Positions 48,001 through 58,225 of a stretch of DNA of 64,000 nucleotides are shown one piece after another. The translations under genes were made by a program, and so were the position numbers. This DNA is from Auanema rhodensis (taxonomy: Eukaryota; Animalia; Nematoda). Below the pieces are notes generated by a model. The model searched no databases and was not told where the DNA came from. It saw only the letters and a program-made list of their open reading frames with translations. The stretch spans positions 17,236,001 through 17,300,000 of the forward strand of contig OZ059894.1 in NCBI GenBank assembly GCA_964057225.1. The letters run 5' to 3'. Position 1 is the first letter of the stretch, and each line of letters begins with the position of its first letter.

Positions 48001-51000
48001 GGAGGTTCATCGTAGTGAATGGATATTTCAGGCCGAGTGGTCTAGTGGTATGATTCTCGCTTAGGGTGCGAGAGGTCCCGGGATCGATCCCCGGCTCGGC
48101 CCACGTTTTAACATTTTTTTCGAGAAGTGTACTTCTTCTTAGTATTTAGTGGAAGTTCTCTTGAAATTCAATTAATTTTAAGCTTGAGTATTCACCTATA
48201 GATATCAGATTAATAATAGGTAGTTAAAAATAATTATGGAAAAGTAGGAGGTTCATCGTAGTGAATGGATATTTCAGGCCGAGTGGTCTAGTGGTATGAT
48301 TCTCGCTTAGGGTGCGAGAGGTCCCGGGATCGATCCCCGGCTCGGCTCACGTTTTAACATTTTTTTTCGAGATGTGTACTTCTTCTTAGTATTTAGTGGA
48401 AGTTCTCTTGAAATTCAATTAATTTTAAGCTTGAGTATTCACCTATAGATATCAGATTAATAATAGGTAGTTAAAAATAATTATGGAAAAGTAGGAGGTT
48501 CATCGTAGTGAATGGATATTTCAGGCCGAGTGGTCTAGTGGATTGATTCTCGCTTAGGGTGCGAGAGGTCCCGGGATCGATCCCCGGCTCGGCCCACGTT
48601 TTAACATTTTTTTTCGAGAAGTGTACTTCTTCTTAGTATTTAGTGGAAGTTCTCTTGAAATTCAATCAATGTTGAGCTTTAGTATTCACCTATAGATATC
48701 AGATTAATAATAGGTAGTTAAAAATAATTATGGAAAAGTAGGAGGTTCATCGTAGTGAATGGATATTTCAGGCCGAGTGGTCTAGTGGTATGATTCTCGC
48801 TTAGGGTGCGAGAGGTCCCGGGATCGATCCCCGGCTCGGCCCACGTTTTAACATTTTTTTTCGAGAAGTGTACTTCTTCTTAGTATTTAGTGCAAGTTCT
48901 CTTGAAATTCAATTAATTTTAAGCTTGAGTGTTCACCTATAAATATCAGATTAATAATATTCAGTTAAAAATAATTATGGAAAAGTAGGAGGTTCATCGT
49001 AGTGAATGGATATTTCAGGCCGAGTGGTCTAGTGGTATGATTCTCGCTTAGGGTGCGAGAGGTCCCGGGATCGATCCCCGGCTCGGCCCACGTTTTAACA
49101 TTTTTTTTCGAGAAGTGTACTTCTTCTTAGTATTTAGTTGAAGTTCTCTTGAAATTCAATCAATGTTGAGCTTTAGTATTCACCTATAGATATCAGATTA
49201 ATAATAGGTAGTTAAAAATAATTATGGAAAAGTAGGAGGTTCATCGTAGTGAATGGATATTTCAGGCCGAGTGGTCTAGTGGTATGATTCTCGCTTAGGG
49301 TGCGAGAGGTCCCGGGATCGATCCCCGGCTCGGCCCACGTTTTAACATTTTTTTTCGAGAAGTGTACTTCTTCTTAGTATTTAGTGGAAGTTCTCTTGAA
49401 ATTCAATTAATTTTAAGCTTGAGTATTCACCTATAGATATCAGATTAATAATATGTAGTTAAAAATAATTATGGAAAAGTAGGAGGTTCATCGTAGTGAA
49501 TGGATATTTCAGGCCGAGTGGTCTAGTGGATTGATTCTCGCTTAGGGTGCGAGAGGTCCCGGGATCGATCCCCGGCTCGGCCCACGTTTTAAAAATTTTT
49601 TTTCGAGAAGTGTACTTCTTTTTAGTATTTAGTTGAAGTTCTCTTGAAATTCAATCAATGTTGAGCTTTAGTATTCACCTATAGATATCAGATTAATAAT
49701 ATTCAGTTAAAAATAATTATGGAAAAGTAGGAGGTTCATCGTAGTGAATGGATATTTCAGGCCGAGTGGTCTAGTGGATTGATTCTCGCTTAGGGTGCGA
49801 GAGGTCCCGGGATCGATCCCCGGCTCGGCCCACGTTTTAACATTTTTTTTCGAGAAGTGTACTTCTTCTTAGTATTTAGTTGAAGTTCTCTTGAAATTCA
49901 ATCAATGTGGAGCTTTAGTATTCACCTATAGATATCAGATTAATAATATTCAGTTAAAAATAATTATGGAAAAGTAGGAGGTTCATCGTAGTGAATGGAT
50001 ATTTCAGGCCGAGTGGTCTAGTGGTATGATTCTCGCTTAGGGTGCGAGAGGTCCCGGGATCGATCCCCGGCTCGGCCCACGTTTTAACATTTTTTTTCGA
50101 GAAGTGTACTTCTTCTTAGTATTTAGTTGAAGTTCTCTTGAAATTCAATCAATGTGGAGCTTTAGTATTCACCTATAGATATCAGATTAATAATATTCAG
50201 TTAAAAATAATTATGGAAAAGTAGGAGGTTCATCGTAGTGAATGGATATTTCAGGCCGAGTGGTCTAGTGGTATGATTCTCGATTAGGGTGCGAGAGGTC
50301 CCGGGATCGATCCCCGGCTCGGCCCACGTTTTAACATTTTTTTTCGAGAAGTGTACTTCTTCTTAGTATTTAGTGGAAGTTCTCTTGAAATTCAATTAAT
50401 TTTAAGCTTGAGTATTCACCTATAGATATCAGATTAATAATAGGTAGTTAAAAATAATTATGGAAAAGTAGGAGGTTCATCGTAGTGAATGGATATTTCA
50501 GGCCGAGTGGTCTAGTGGATTGATTCTCGCTTAGGGTGCGAGAGGTTCCGGGATCGATCCCCGGCTCGGCCCACGTTTTAACATTTTTTTTCGAGAAGTG
50601 TACTTCTTCTTAGTATTTAGTGGAAGTTCTCTTGAAATTCAATCAATGTTGAGCTTTAGTATTCACCTATAGATATCAGATTAATAATAGGTAGTTAAAA
50701 ATAATTATGGAAAAGTAGGAGGTTCATCGTAGTGAATGGATATTTCAGGCCGAGTGGTCTAGTGGTATGATTCTCGCTTAGGGTGCGAGAGGTCCCGGGA
50801 TCGATCCCCGGCTCGGCCCACGTTTTAACATTTTTTTTCGAGAAGTGTACTTCTTCTTAGTATTTAGGGCAAGTTCTCTTGAAATTCAATTAATTTTAAG
50901 CTTGAGTGTTCACCTATAAATATCAGATTAATAATATTCAGTTAAAAATAATTATGGAAAAGTAGGAGGTTCATCGTAGTGAATGGATATTTCAGGCCGA

Positions 51001-53816
51001 GTGGTCTAGTGGTATGATTCTCGCTTAGGGTGCGAGAGGTCCCGGGATCGATCCCCGGCTCGGCCCACGTTTTAACATTTTTTTCGAGAAGTGTACTTCT
51101 TCTTAGTATTTAGTTGAAGTTCTCTTGAAATTCAATCAATGTTGAGCTTTAGTATTCACCTATAGATATCAGATTAATAATAGGTAGTTAAAAATAATTA
51201 TGGAAAAGTAGGAGGTTCATCGTAGTGAATGGATATTTCAGGCCGAGTGGTCTAGTGGTATGATTCTCGCTTAGGGTGCGAGAGGTCCCGGGATCGATCC
51301 CTGGCTCGGCCCACGTTTTAACATTTTTTTTCGAGAAGTGTACTTCTTCTTAGTATTTAGTGGAAGTTCTCTTGAAATTCAATTAATTTTAAGCTTGAGT
51401 ATTCACCTATAGATATCAGATTAATAATATGTAGTTAAAAATAATTATGGAAAAGTAGGAGGTTCATCGTAGTGAATGGATATTTCAGGCCGAGTGGTCT
51501 AGTGGATCGATTCTCGCTTAGGGTGCGAGAGGTTCCGGGATCGATCCCCGGCTCGGCCCACGTTTTAACATTTTTTTTCGAGAAGTGTACTTCTTCTTAG
51601 TATTTAGTGGAAGTTCTCTTGAAATTCAATTAATTTTAAGCTTGAGTATTCACCTATAGATATCAGATTAATAATATGTAGTTAAAAATAATTATGGAAA
51701 AGTAGGAGGTTCATCGTAGTGAATGGATATTTCAGGCCGAGTGGTCTAGTGGATTGATTCTCGCTTAGGGTGCGAGAGGTTCCGGGATCGATCCCCGGCT
51801 CGGCCCACGTTTTAACATTTTTTTTCGAGAAGTGTACTTCTTCTTTGTATTTAGTGGAAGTTCTCTTGAAATTCAATCAATGTTGAGCTTTAGTATTCAC
51901 CTATAGATATCAGATTAATAATATTCAGTTAAAAATAATTATGGAAAAGTAGGAGGTTCATCGTAGTGAATGGATATTTCAGGCCGAGTGGTCTAGTGGA
52001 TTGATTCTCGCTTAGGGTGCGAGAGGTTCCGGGATCGATCCCCGGCTCGGCCCACGTTTTAACATTTTTTTTCGAGAAGTGTACTTCTTCTTAGTATTTA
52101 GTTGAAGTTCTCTTGAAATTCAATCAATGTTGAGCTTTAGTATTCACCTATAGATATCAGATTAATAATATTCAGTTAAAAATAATTATGGAAAAGTAGG
52201 AGGTTCATCGTAGTGAATGGATATTTCAGGCCGAGTGGTCTAGTGGTATGATTCTCGCTTAGGGTGCGAGAGGTCCCGGGATCGATCCCCGGCTCGGCCC
52301 ACGTTTTAACATTTTTTTTCGAGAAGTGTACTTCTTCTTAGTATTTAGTGGAAGTTCTCTTGAAATTCAATTAATTTTAAGCTTGAGTATTCACCTATAG
52401 ATATCAGATTAATAATATGTAGTTAAAAATAATTATGGAAAAGTAGGAGGTTCATCGTAGTGAATGGATATTTCAGGCCGAGTGGTCTAGTGGATTGATT
52501 CTCGCTTAGGGTGCGAGAGGTCCCGGGATCGATCCCCGGCTCGGCCCACGTTTTAAAAATTTTTTTTCGAGAAGTGTACTTCTTTTTAGTATTTAGTTGA
52601 AGTTCTCTTGAAATTCAATCAATGTTGAGCTTTAGTATTCACCTATAGATATCAGATTAATAATATTCAGTTAAAAATAATTATGGAAAAGTAGGAGATT
52701 CATCGTAGTGAATGGATATTTCAGGCCGAGTGGTCTAGTGGATTGATTCTCGCTTAGGGTGCGAGAGGTCCCGGGATCGATCCCCGGCTCGGCCCACGTT
52801 TTAACATTTTTTTTCGAGAAGTGTACTTCTTCTTAGTATTTAGTTGAAGTTCTCTTGAAATTCAATCAATGTGGAGCTTTAGTATTCACCTATAGATATC
52901 AGATTAATAATATTCAGTTAAAAATAATTATGGAAAAGTAGGAGGTTCATCGTAGTGAATGGATATTTCAGGCCGAGTGGTCTAGTGGTATGATTCTCGC
53001 TTAGGGTGCGAGAGGTCCCGGGATCGATCCCCGGCTCGGCCCACGTTTTAACATTTTTTTTCGAGAAGTGTACTTCTTCTTAGTATTTAGTGCAAGTTCT
53101 CTTGAAATTCAATTAATTTTAAGCTTGAGTATTCACCTATAGATATCAGATTAATAATATGTAGTTAAAAATAATTATGGAAAAGTAGGAGGTTCATCGT
53201 AGTGAATGGATATTTCAGGCCGAATGGTCTAGTGGTATGATTCTCGCTTAGGGTGCGAGAGGTCCCGGGATCGATCCCCGGCTCGGCCCACGTTTTAACA
53301 TTTTTTTTCGAGAAGTGTACTTCTTTTTAGTATTTAGTTGAAGTTCTCTTGAAATTCAATCAATGTTGAGCTTTAGTATTCACCTATAGATATCAGATTA
53401 ATAATAGGTAGTTAAAAATAATTATGGAAAAGTAGGAGGTTCATCGTAGTGAATGGATATTTCAGGCCGAGTGGTCTAGTGGTATGATTCTCGCTTAGGG
53501 TGCGAGAGGTCCCGGGATCGATCCCCGGCTCGGCCCACGTTTTAACATTTTTTTTCGAGAAGTGTACTTCTTCTTAGTATTTAGTGGAAGTTCTCTTGAA
53601 ATTCAATTAATTTTAAGCTTGAGTATTCACCTATAGATATCAGATTAATAATAGGTAGTTAAAAATAATTATGGAAAAGTAGGAGGTTCATCGTAGTGAA
53701 TGGATATTTCAGGCCGAGTGGTCTAGTGGATTGATTCTCGCTTAGGGTGCGAGAGGTCCCGGGATCGATCCCCGGCTCGGCCCACGTTTTAACATTTTTT
53801 TTCGAGAAGTGTACTT
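39092..53816 (+). repeat. tRNA-Pro(AGG) array, segment 4 (about 60 genes) with an 18-unit duplication and a common GGAT-TGAT D-loop variant
   Basis: Gene starts 39139 to 53712 span 59 periods; variants recur at 4445 bp. Confidence 0.97.
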
Positions 53817-53817
53817 T
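53816..53817. other. Inversion breakpoint of the tRNA array
   Basis: ...GAGAAGTGTACTT (forward unit) is joined directly to TAGGTGAATACTAAAGC (reverse-complement unit). Confidence 0.95.
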
Positions 53818-53913
53818 AGGTGAATACTAAAGCTTAAAATTAATTGAATTTCAAGAGAACTTCCACTAAATACTAGAAAAAAGTACACTTCTCGAAAAAA
53901 AATGTTAAAACGT

Positions 53914-53985
53914 GGGCCGAGCCGGGGATCGATCCCGGGACCTCTCGCACCCTAAGCGAGAATCATACCACTAGACCACTCGGCC
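53914..53985 (-). tRNA. tRNA-Pro(AGG), first inverted copy
   Basis: Reverse complement of the consensus gene. Confidence 0.96.
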
Positions 53986-55084
53986 TGAAATATCCATTCA
54001 CAACGATGAACCTTCTACGTTTCCATAATTATTTTTAACTGAATATTATTAATCTGTGTTCCATACGTGTCCTATAAGTAGAGCGATTGACAACGTCAAT
54101 CGCTTATAAAACGGAACATTATAAAAACAAATAGCTGACGCTACATTTGAGAAACAGGAATTCAATGCAATAATGAACGAACACTTTTTCATATTAAGTT
54201 TAATTAAAGAAAGCCCAATTCAAGCGGAACCAAGTTCCGCGGACCTGATATAACCACTTTTTATGCTCGTAAGGAAAACTATATAAGGTTTCCTTACGAG
54301 TCCTTTGGGCTGCGACTAGGAATCATTATGTAACTTTTATTATTGTAATTTGTATACTTTATCATGAATAAACCTTTCTCTCTATACTCTTTATCATTTA
54401 TATTTGGAAGAAAAGAAAGTAATTCCATGTGGTTACCCAGCCGGAACCCTGGGGAACCACCATGGAACGTGGAGGTTCCACCGAGATTCGTCTATAACCG
54501 ACGAATCTCTAAGAACCATATTTCGCTACATAAATTTAATTTTGTTGTCTTTCATACATCTAATTAAAGAATTATATTTCGATTATGCTATATGAATTTA
54601 ATTTGAAATCTTTCTCTTCTTTATTTCATTCATTCAAAGAACTTTATTTTGATTTTGATTCATAAATTAATACTGAAATCTTATATACATTTATTTAAAA
54701 AGATATATTTTGAAACAACTCAATTTTGAAATTTTATATTTATTCATTTAAAAGAAACATTTCGATTTTTATCCATATTCTAAGATCTTTCATTCATTTT
54801 TGAGGAAAAACTTTGTTTATAACTATCATAAATTAATTTGAAATTCTTTTATATTTATTCATTTAAAGAAAGGTATTTCGATATTTTTTTTTCTGTCAAT
54901 CTTTTCTTTTTCTGTTTTTTTTAATCAAAATCTATTCTATCTCTTATAAATTTTTGTTATAAAGTTTCAAACAATTTTTGAATCAAAAATGAATTAATTT
55001 CTTTCATGAATCATCACAAAATTCATTGTTTTATATATATTAAAATTCATTAATTTCTATTCTATCCTTTAAAATGTATTACTC

Positions 55085-55087
<3 letters not shown>

Positions 55088-55126
<39 letters not shown>
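55088..55126. repeat. (TA)n microsatellite inside E4
   Basis: About 19 TA units, followed by a short TTCCTACTATA tandem repeat. Confidence 0.95.
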
Positions 55127-55130
<4 letters not shown>

Positions 55131-55906
55131 GTACAAAACTATTCTATACTAGTACTATATTCCTACTATATTCCTACTATATTCCTATTTTATTTTTCTT
55201 TTATCTTCTTTTAAATTTTATCTTTTTCCCTCTCTTATTACTATTATTTTTTCTCTTCTTCCTAATATAACCCAGAAAACAGCCAAATAATTTTGAAATT
55301 TTTTATCTGAATCCCGAACCTAAGATTTACAATTTTGCATTTTGATCCTAAAAGTAGCCCGTGAGAAGCAATACCAGACTGTCTCGAGAACTGAGCGGAG
55401 GCAACCACTATTTTTGATATAAGACGTACGCATTCCTGATTTTGAAGATCCCTTTTTGGTCCTATTTTTGCAAGTTCGAAAATTACGACAGAATTAGTCG
55501 AGAATGAAAGTGTTAGAGTGGTCTCACCATGAAAAATCAGGGAAGCAGAATTTCGTTAAGGGAGCGATTTCTGTGATTTTTCATAGGCAAGAGAAGTCTG
55601 GGAAAGTGAATGTACGAGGCCTGAGCACCTAATCTTGTCGAAAGACTGAAAGGGAATACTGCTTAGATCACCGTCGTATATTTCACGCCTATTCGAGAGA
55701 TGGGAACTTGATCCTAGAAAGGGCGCACCGGTCACAGGCCCGTGTATGTACCCGATTGAGCAATTCTCCGTTAGAAGATTCGCTGCAGGCTGGCCCCCTA
55801 GCAAGCGTCACGCATACAACCCCATATTGCCTCTCACGTTGTATATATATTTTTATAAGTTTCGCATCGTTGGTATAATAATTTCCTTTCCAGGAAAACC
55901 AACAAG

Positions 55907-56645
55907 ATGACGGACTCGAAGAGTAAAAATCCTCCACAGGATAAAACAAATCCACAGAGCGCAGCCCCCCGTAATGATACGCACGTCGAGCCAGTACTCG
56001 AGCAGAATCAAAGAAAGAGAGGACCTCCAAATGTTTATGAGCCGGACACGAAGCGCCGACCTACTGCTGCAAAGAAACCACCCGCTATACCGGGTACCCC
56101 CGCGAAAAAAAAATAGGCACAACAGCTATCAAAACTTCTCGCCACGCTATTACTCTTAGTAAAATTAAAACGTCTATTAACAAACAAACTCCTAAACGCA
56201 ATTCTAACGTTATCAAAAGCTCTAGCTATGTTAGCACAAATACTTCCCCTTGTAAAGATTATTCTCAAATATCATTTTCATACCCAAATACTGCTATTCT
56301 TTCTTCTCCTCTTCCTCGAAATTCACCAAACTATCAGAGAAAATAGAAGAAAACGCAAGAAAAGAATTGTATGAGGAACGGAAGAAGGAGCCACCCACAA
56401 TTAAGAAATGGAGTTCAGCACTTAAATTGGCATTGGGATTAGAAGATAATTCTCCTACAACGCCAGCAAAGCCTTATCATGTGCCGATAAGGTATCACAG
56501 CACCATACCAGTAACAGAGCCGAAGAAGAGAGTTTCGAAGAGTCAGATCCCGGACCCAAACTTCGTGGCACCAACAGTACCAGTCATCCATAAGAAAAGA
56601 CCGTCAATAGTTATTGGGACTACAAGTAAGAAGCTAGAACAATAG
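55907..56645 (+). pseudogene. Possible single K/P/S/T-rich ORF broken by two frameshifts at A-runs
   Basis: ATG 55907 follows a TTTCCAG acceptor-like site; shifts at the A-runs near 56105-56114 and 56340 join the 69-aa ORF, an open IGTTAIKTSR...NYQRK frame and the 92-aa ORF. Confidence 0.4.
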
Positions 56646-57008
56646 TAAAAATCCATAATTTCTATATAAAAATCACAAAAAGTATAATACCATTTTCATA
56701 ATTTTCATCTAAACTTGAACCTATATATAATTTTTTTTTTCTCATTTAAGTAATACATAAAATTCTACACAAATTATTGTACATTTTTTATTTTTCACTC
56801 TCATAAAAATATTGTATTAATAACCAAAATTTCAAAATAAAATTATACATCATACTTGGAATCTTTCAAAAATCACTGCAAAGTTTTAATCAACAATCTT
56901 CATCACTTTTTCACCTAACTGGTCAGAAAGGAGGCGACAAAAAGGAAGGAACAGACCGACCTAGTTTTAAAAAGGATAAAAGGACAGAAAACAGCAACAA
57001 AGATAACA

Positions 57009-57611
57009 ATGTCCACCCAACTTCCTGAAGCCGTCGAAATTCCCCTCATGGTGGCCAAAAAGAGATGGCTTTCAATTCAACTATTAGTAAGAGAATTGAA
57101 GCAGCTAGGCGCCAATACCATCACCAACCGCCCTAGGAAAGAGAAGATCCTGAAAGAGTTAGTTCAAGGACTAACAAGAGCGAAAACTAGTACTGAAACG
57201 CTCAAAATCCTATGTTACCAATACGACAAGGACCGACTGTCGGAGGTTGACCACTGCATAGGACCATGGACCAACATAGCAGGAGTCATCCAAGAAGCCA
57301 TTGCTGAACTAAGGGACCAACTAGGTTATTCACCTAGTTGCGATTCACCAGAACAGCAGACACCAAACTGGATTATTGCCGAGACCCATTCGGCCTATCA
57401 AGAATGGAGCCTGCAACATTGCAGCGAACTGCCATCCATAGAGGCAAGAAAAAACATTATAAATGCTCTACAAATATTTCTGGCATCACCAGCAACCACC
57501 AAGGAAGAAATGGAAAGAAAAACGGATTTATGCAACAAGACTATGGATCTTCTCCACGACCTAGGATTATCACCATTACCAGAGATACACCAGTATTATG
57601 AAGAAGACTAA
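57009..57611 (+). CDS. Unknown, probably helical 200-aa protein in E4
   Basis: ATG-to-TAA intact ORF, GC-richer than its flanks, protein-like composition, just upstream of the 3' LTR; no family recognised. Confidence 0.65.
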   Translation: MSTQLPEAVEIPLMVAKKRWLSIQLLVRELKQLGANTITNRPRKEKILKELVQGLTRAKTSTETLKILCYQYDKDRLSEVDHCIGPWTNIAGVIQEAIAELRDQLGYSPSCDSPEQQTPNWIIAETHSAYQEWSLQHCSELPSIEARKNIINALQIFLASPATTKEEMERKTDLCNKTMDLLHDLGLSPLPEIHQYYEED

Positions 57612-58225
57612 AAAGGACTTTTGAAAGATTCCCAGTATGATATATGATATATTATTTTGTAATTACATTGTTTTCCTTTATTTTTTCTCATAAAATTGTT
57701 CTGTATTATCAGTATTCTTTTATTTTTTGAAATATTTCATACAACTTTCACATTGCATGGAATTTCACTTTCTCGATGTAGCTGAGGTCAGCTACTTTTT
57801 CGGTATTAGGCATGTTCCATACGTGTCCTATAAGTAGAGCGATTGACAACGTCAATCGCTTATAAAACGGAACATTATAAAAACAAATAGCTGACGCTAC
57901 ATTTGAGAAACAGGAATTCAATGCAATAATGAACGAACACTTTTTCATATTAAGTTTAATTAAAGAAAGCCCAATTCAAGCGGAACCAAGTTCCGCGGAC
58001 CTGATATAACCACTTTTTATGCTCGTAAGGAAAACTATATAAGGTTTCCTTACGAGTCCTTTGGGCTGCGACTAGGAATCATTATGTAACTTTTATTATT
58101 GTAATTTGTATACTTTATCATGAATAAACCTTTCTCTCTATACTCTTTATCATTTATATTTGGAAGAAAAGAAAGTAATTCCATGTGGTTACCCAGCCGG
58201 AACCCTGGGGAACCACCATGGAACG

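Larger units (their letters stand above)
54057..58225 (+). mobile_element. E4: non-autonomous LTR element with no recognisable gag/pol, carrying unknown ORFs, 4169 bp
   Basis: 413-bp LTRs 54057-54469 and 57813-58225 (no mismatch seen), ends TGTTCCAT...ATGGAACG, TSD TCTG, long PBS TGGAGGTTCCACCGAGATTCG 54470-54490. Confidence 0.95.

Noticed and set aside
14337-51876. Recurrent 60-64 aa minus-strand ORFs (MNFKRTSTKY...[22 protein letters not shown])
   Set aside because: Antisense translation of the tRNA unit from a TTG start; open only in some spacer variants.
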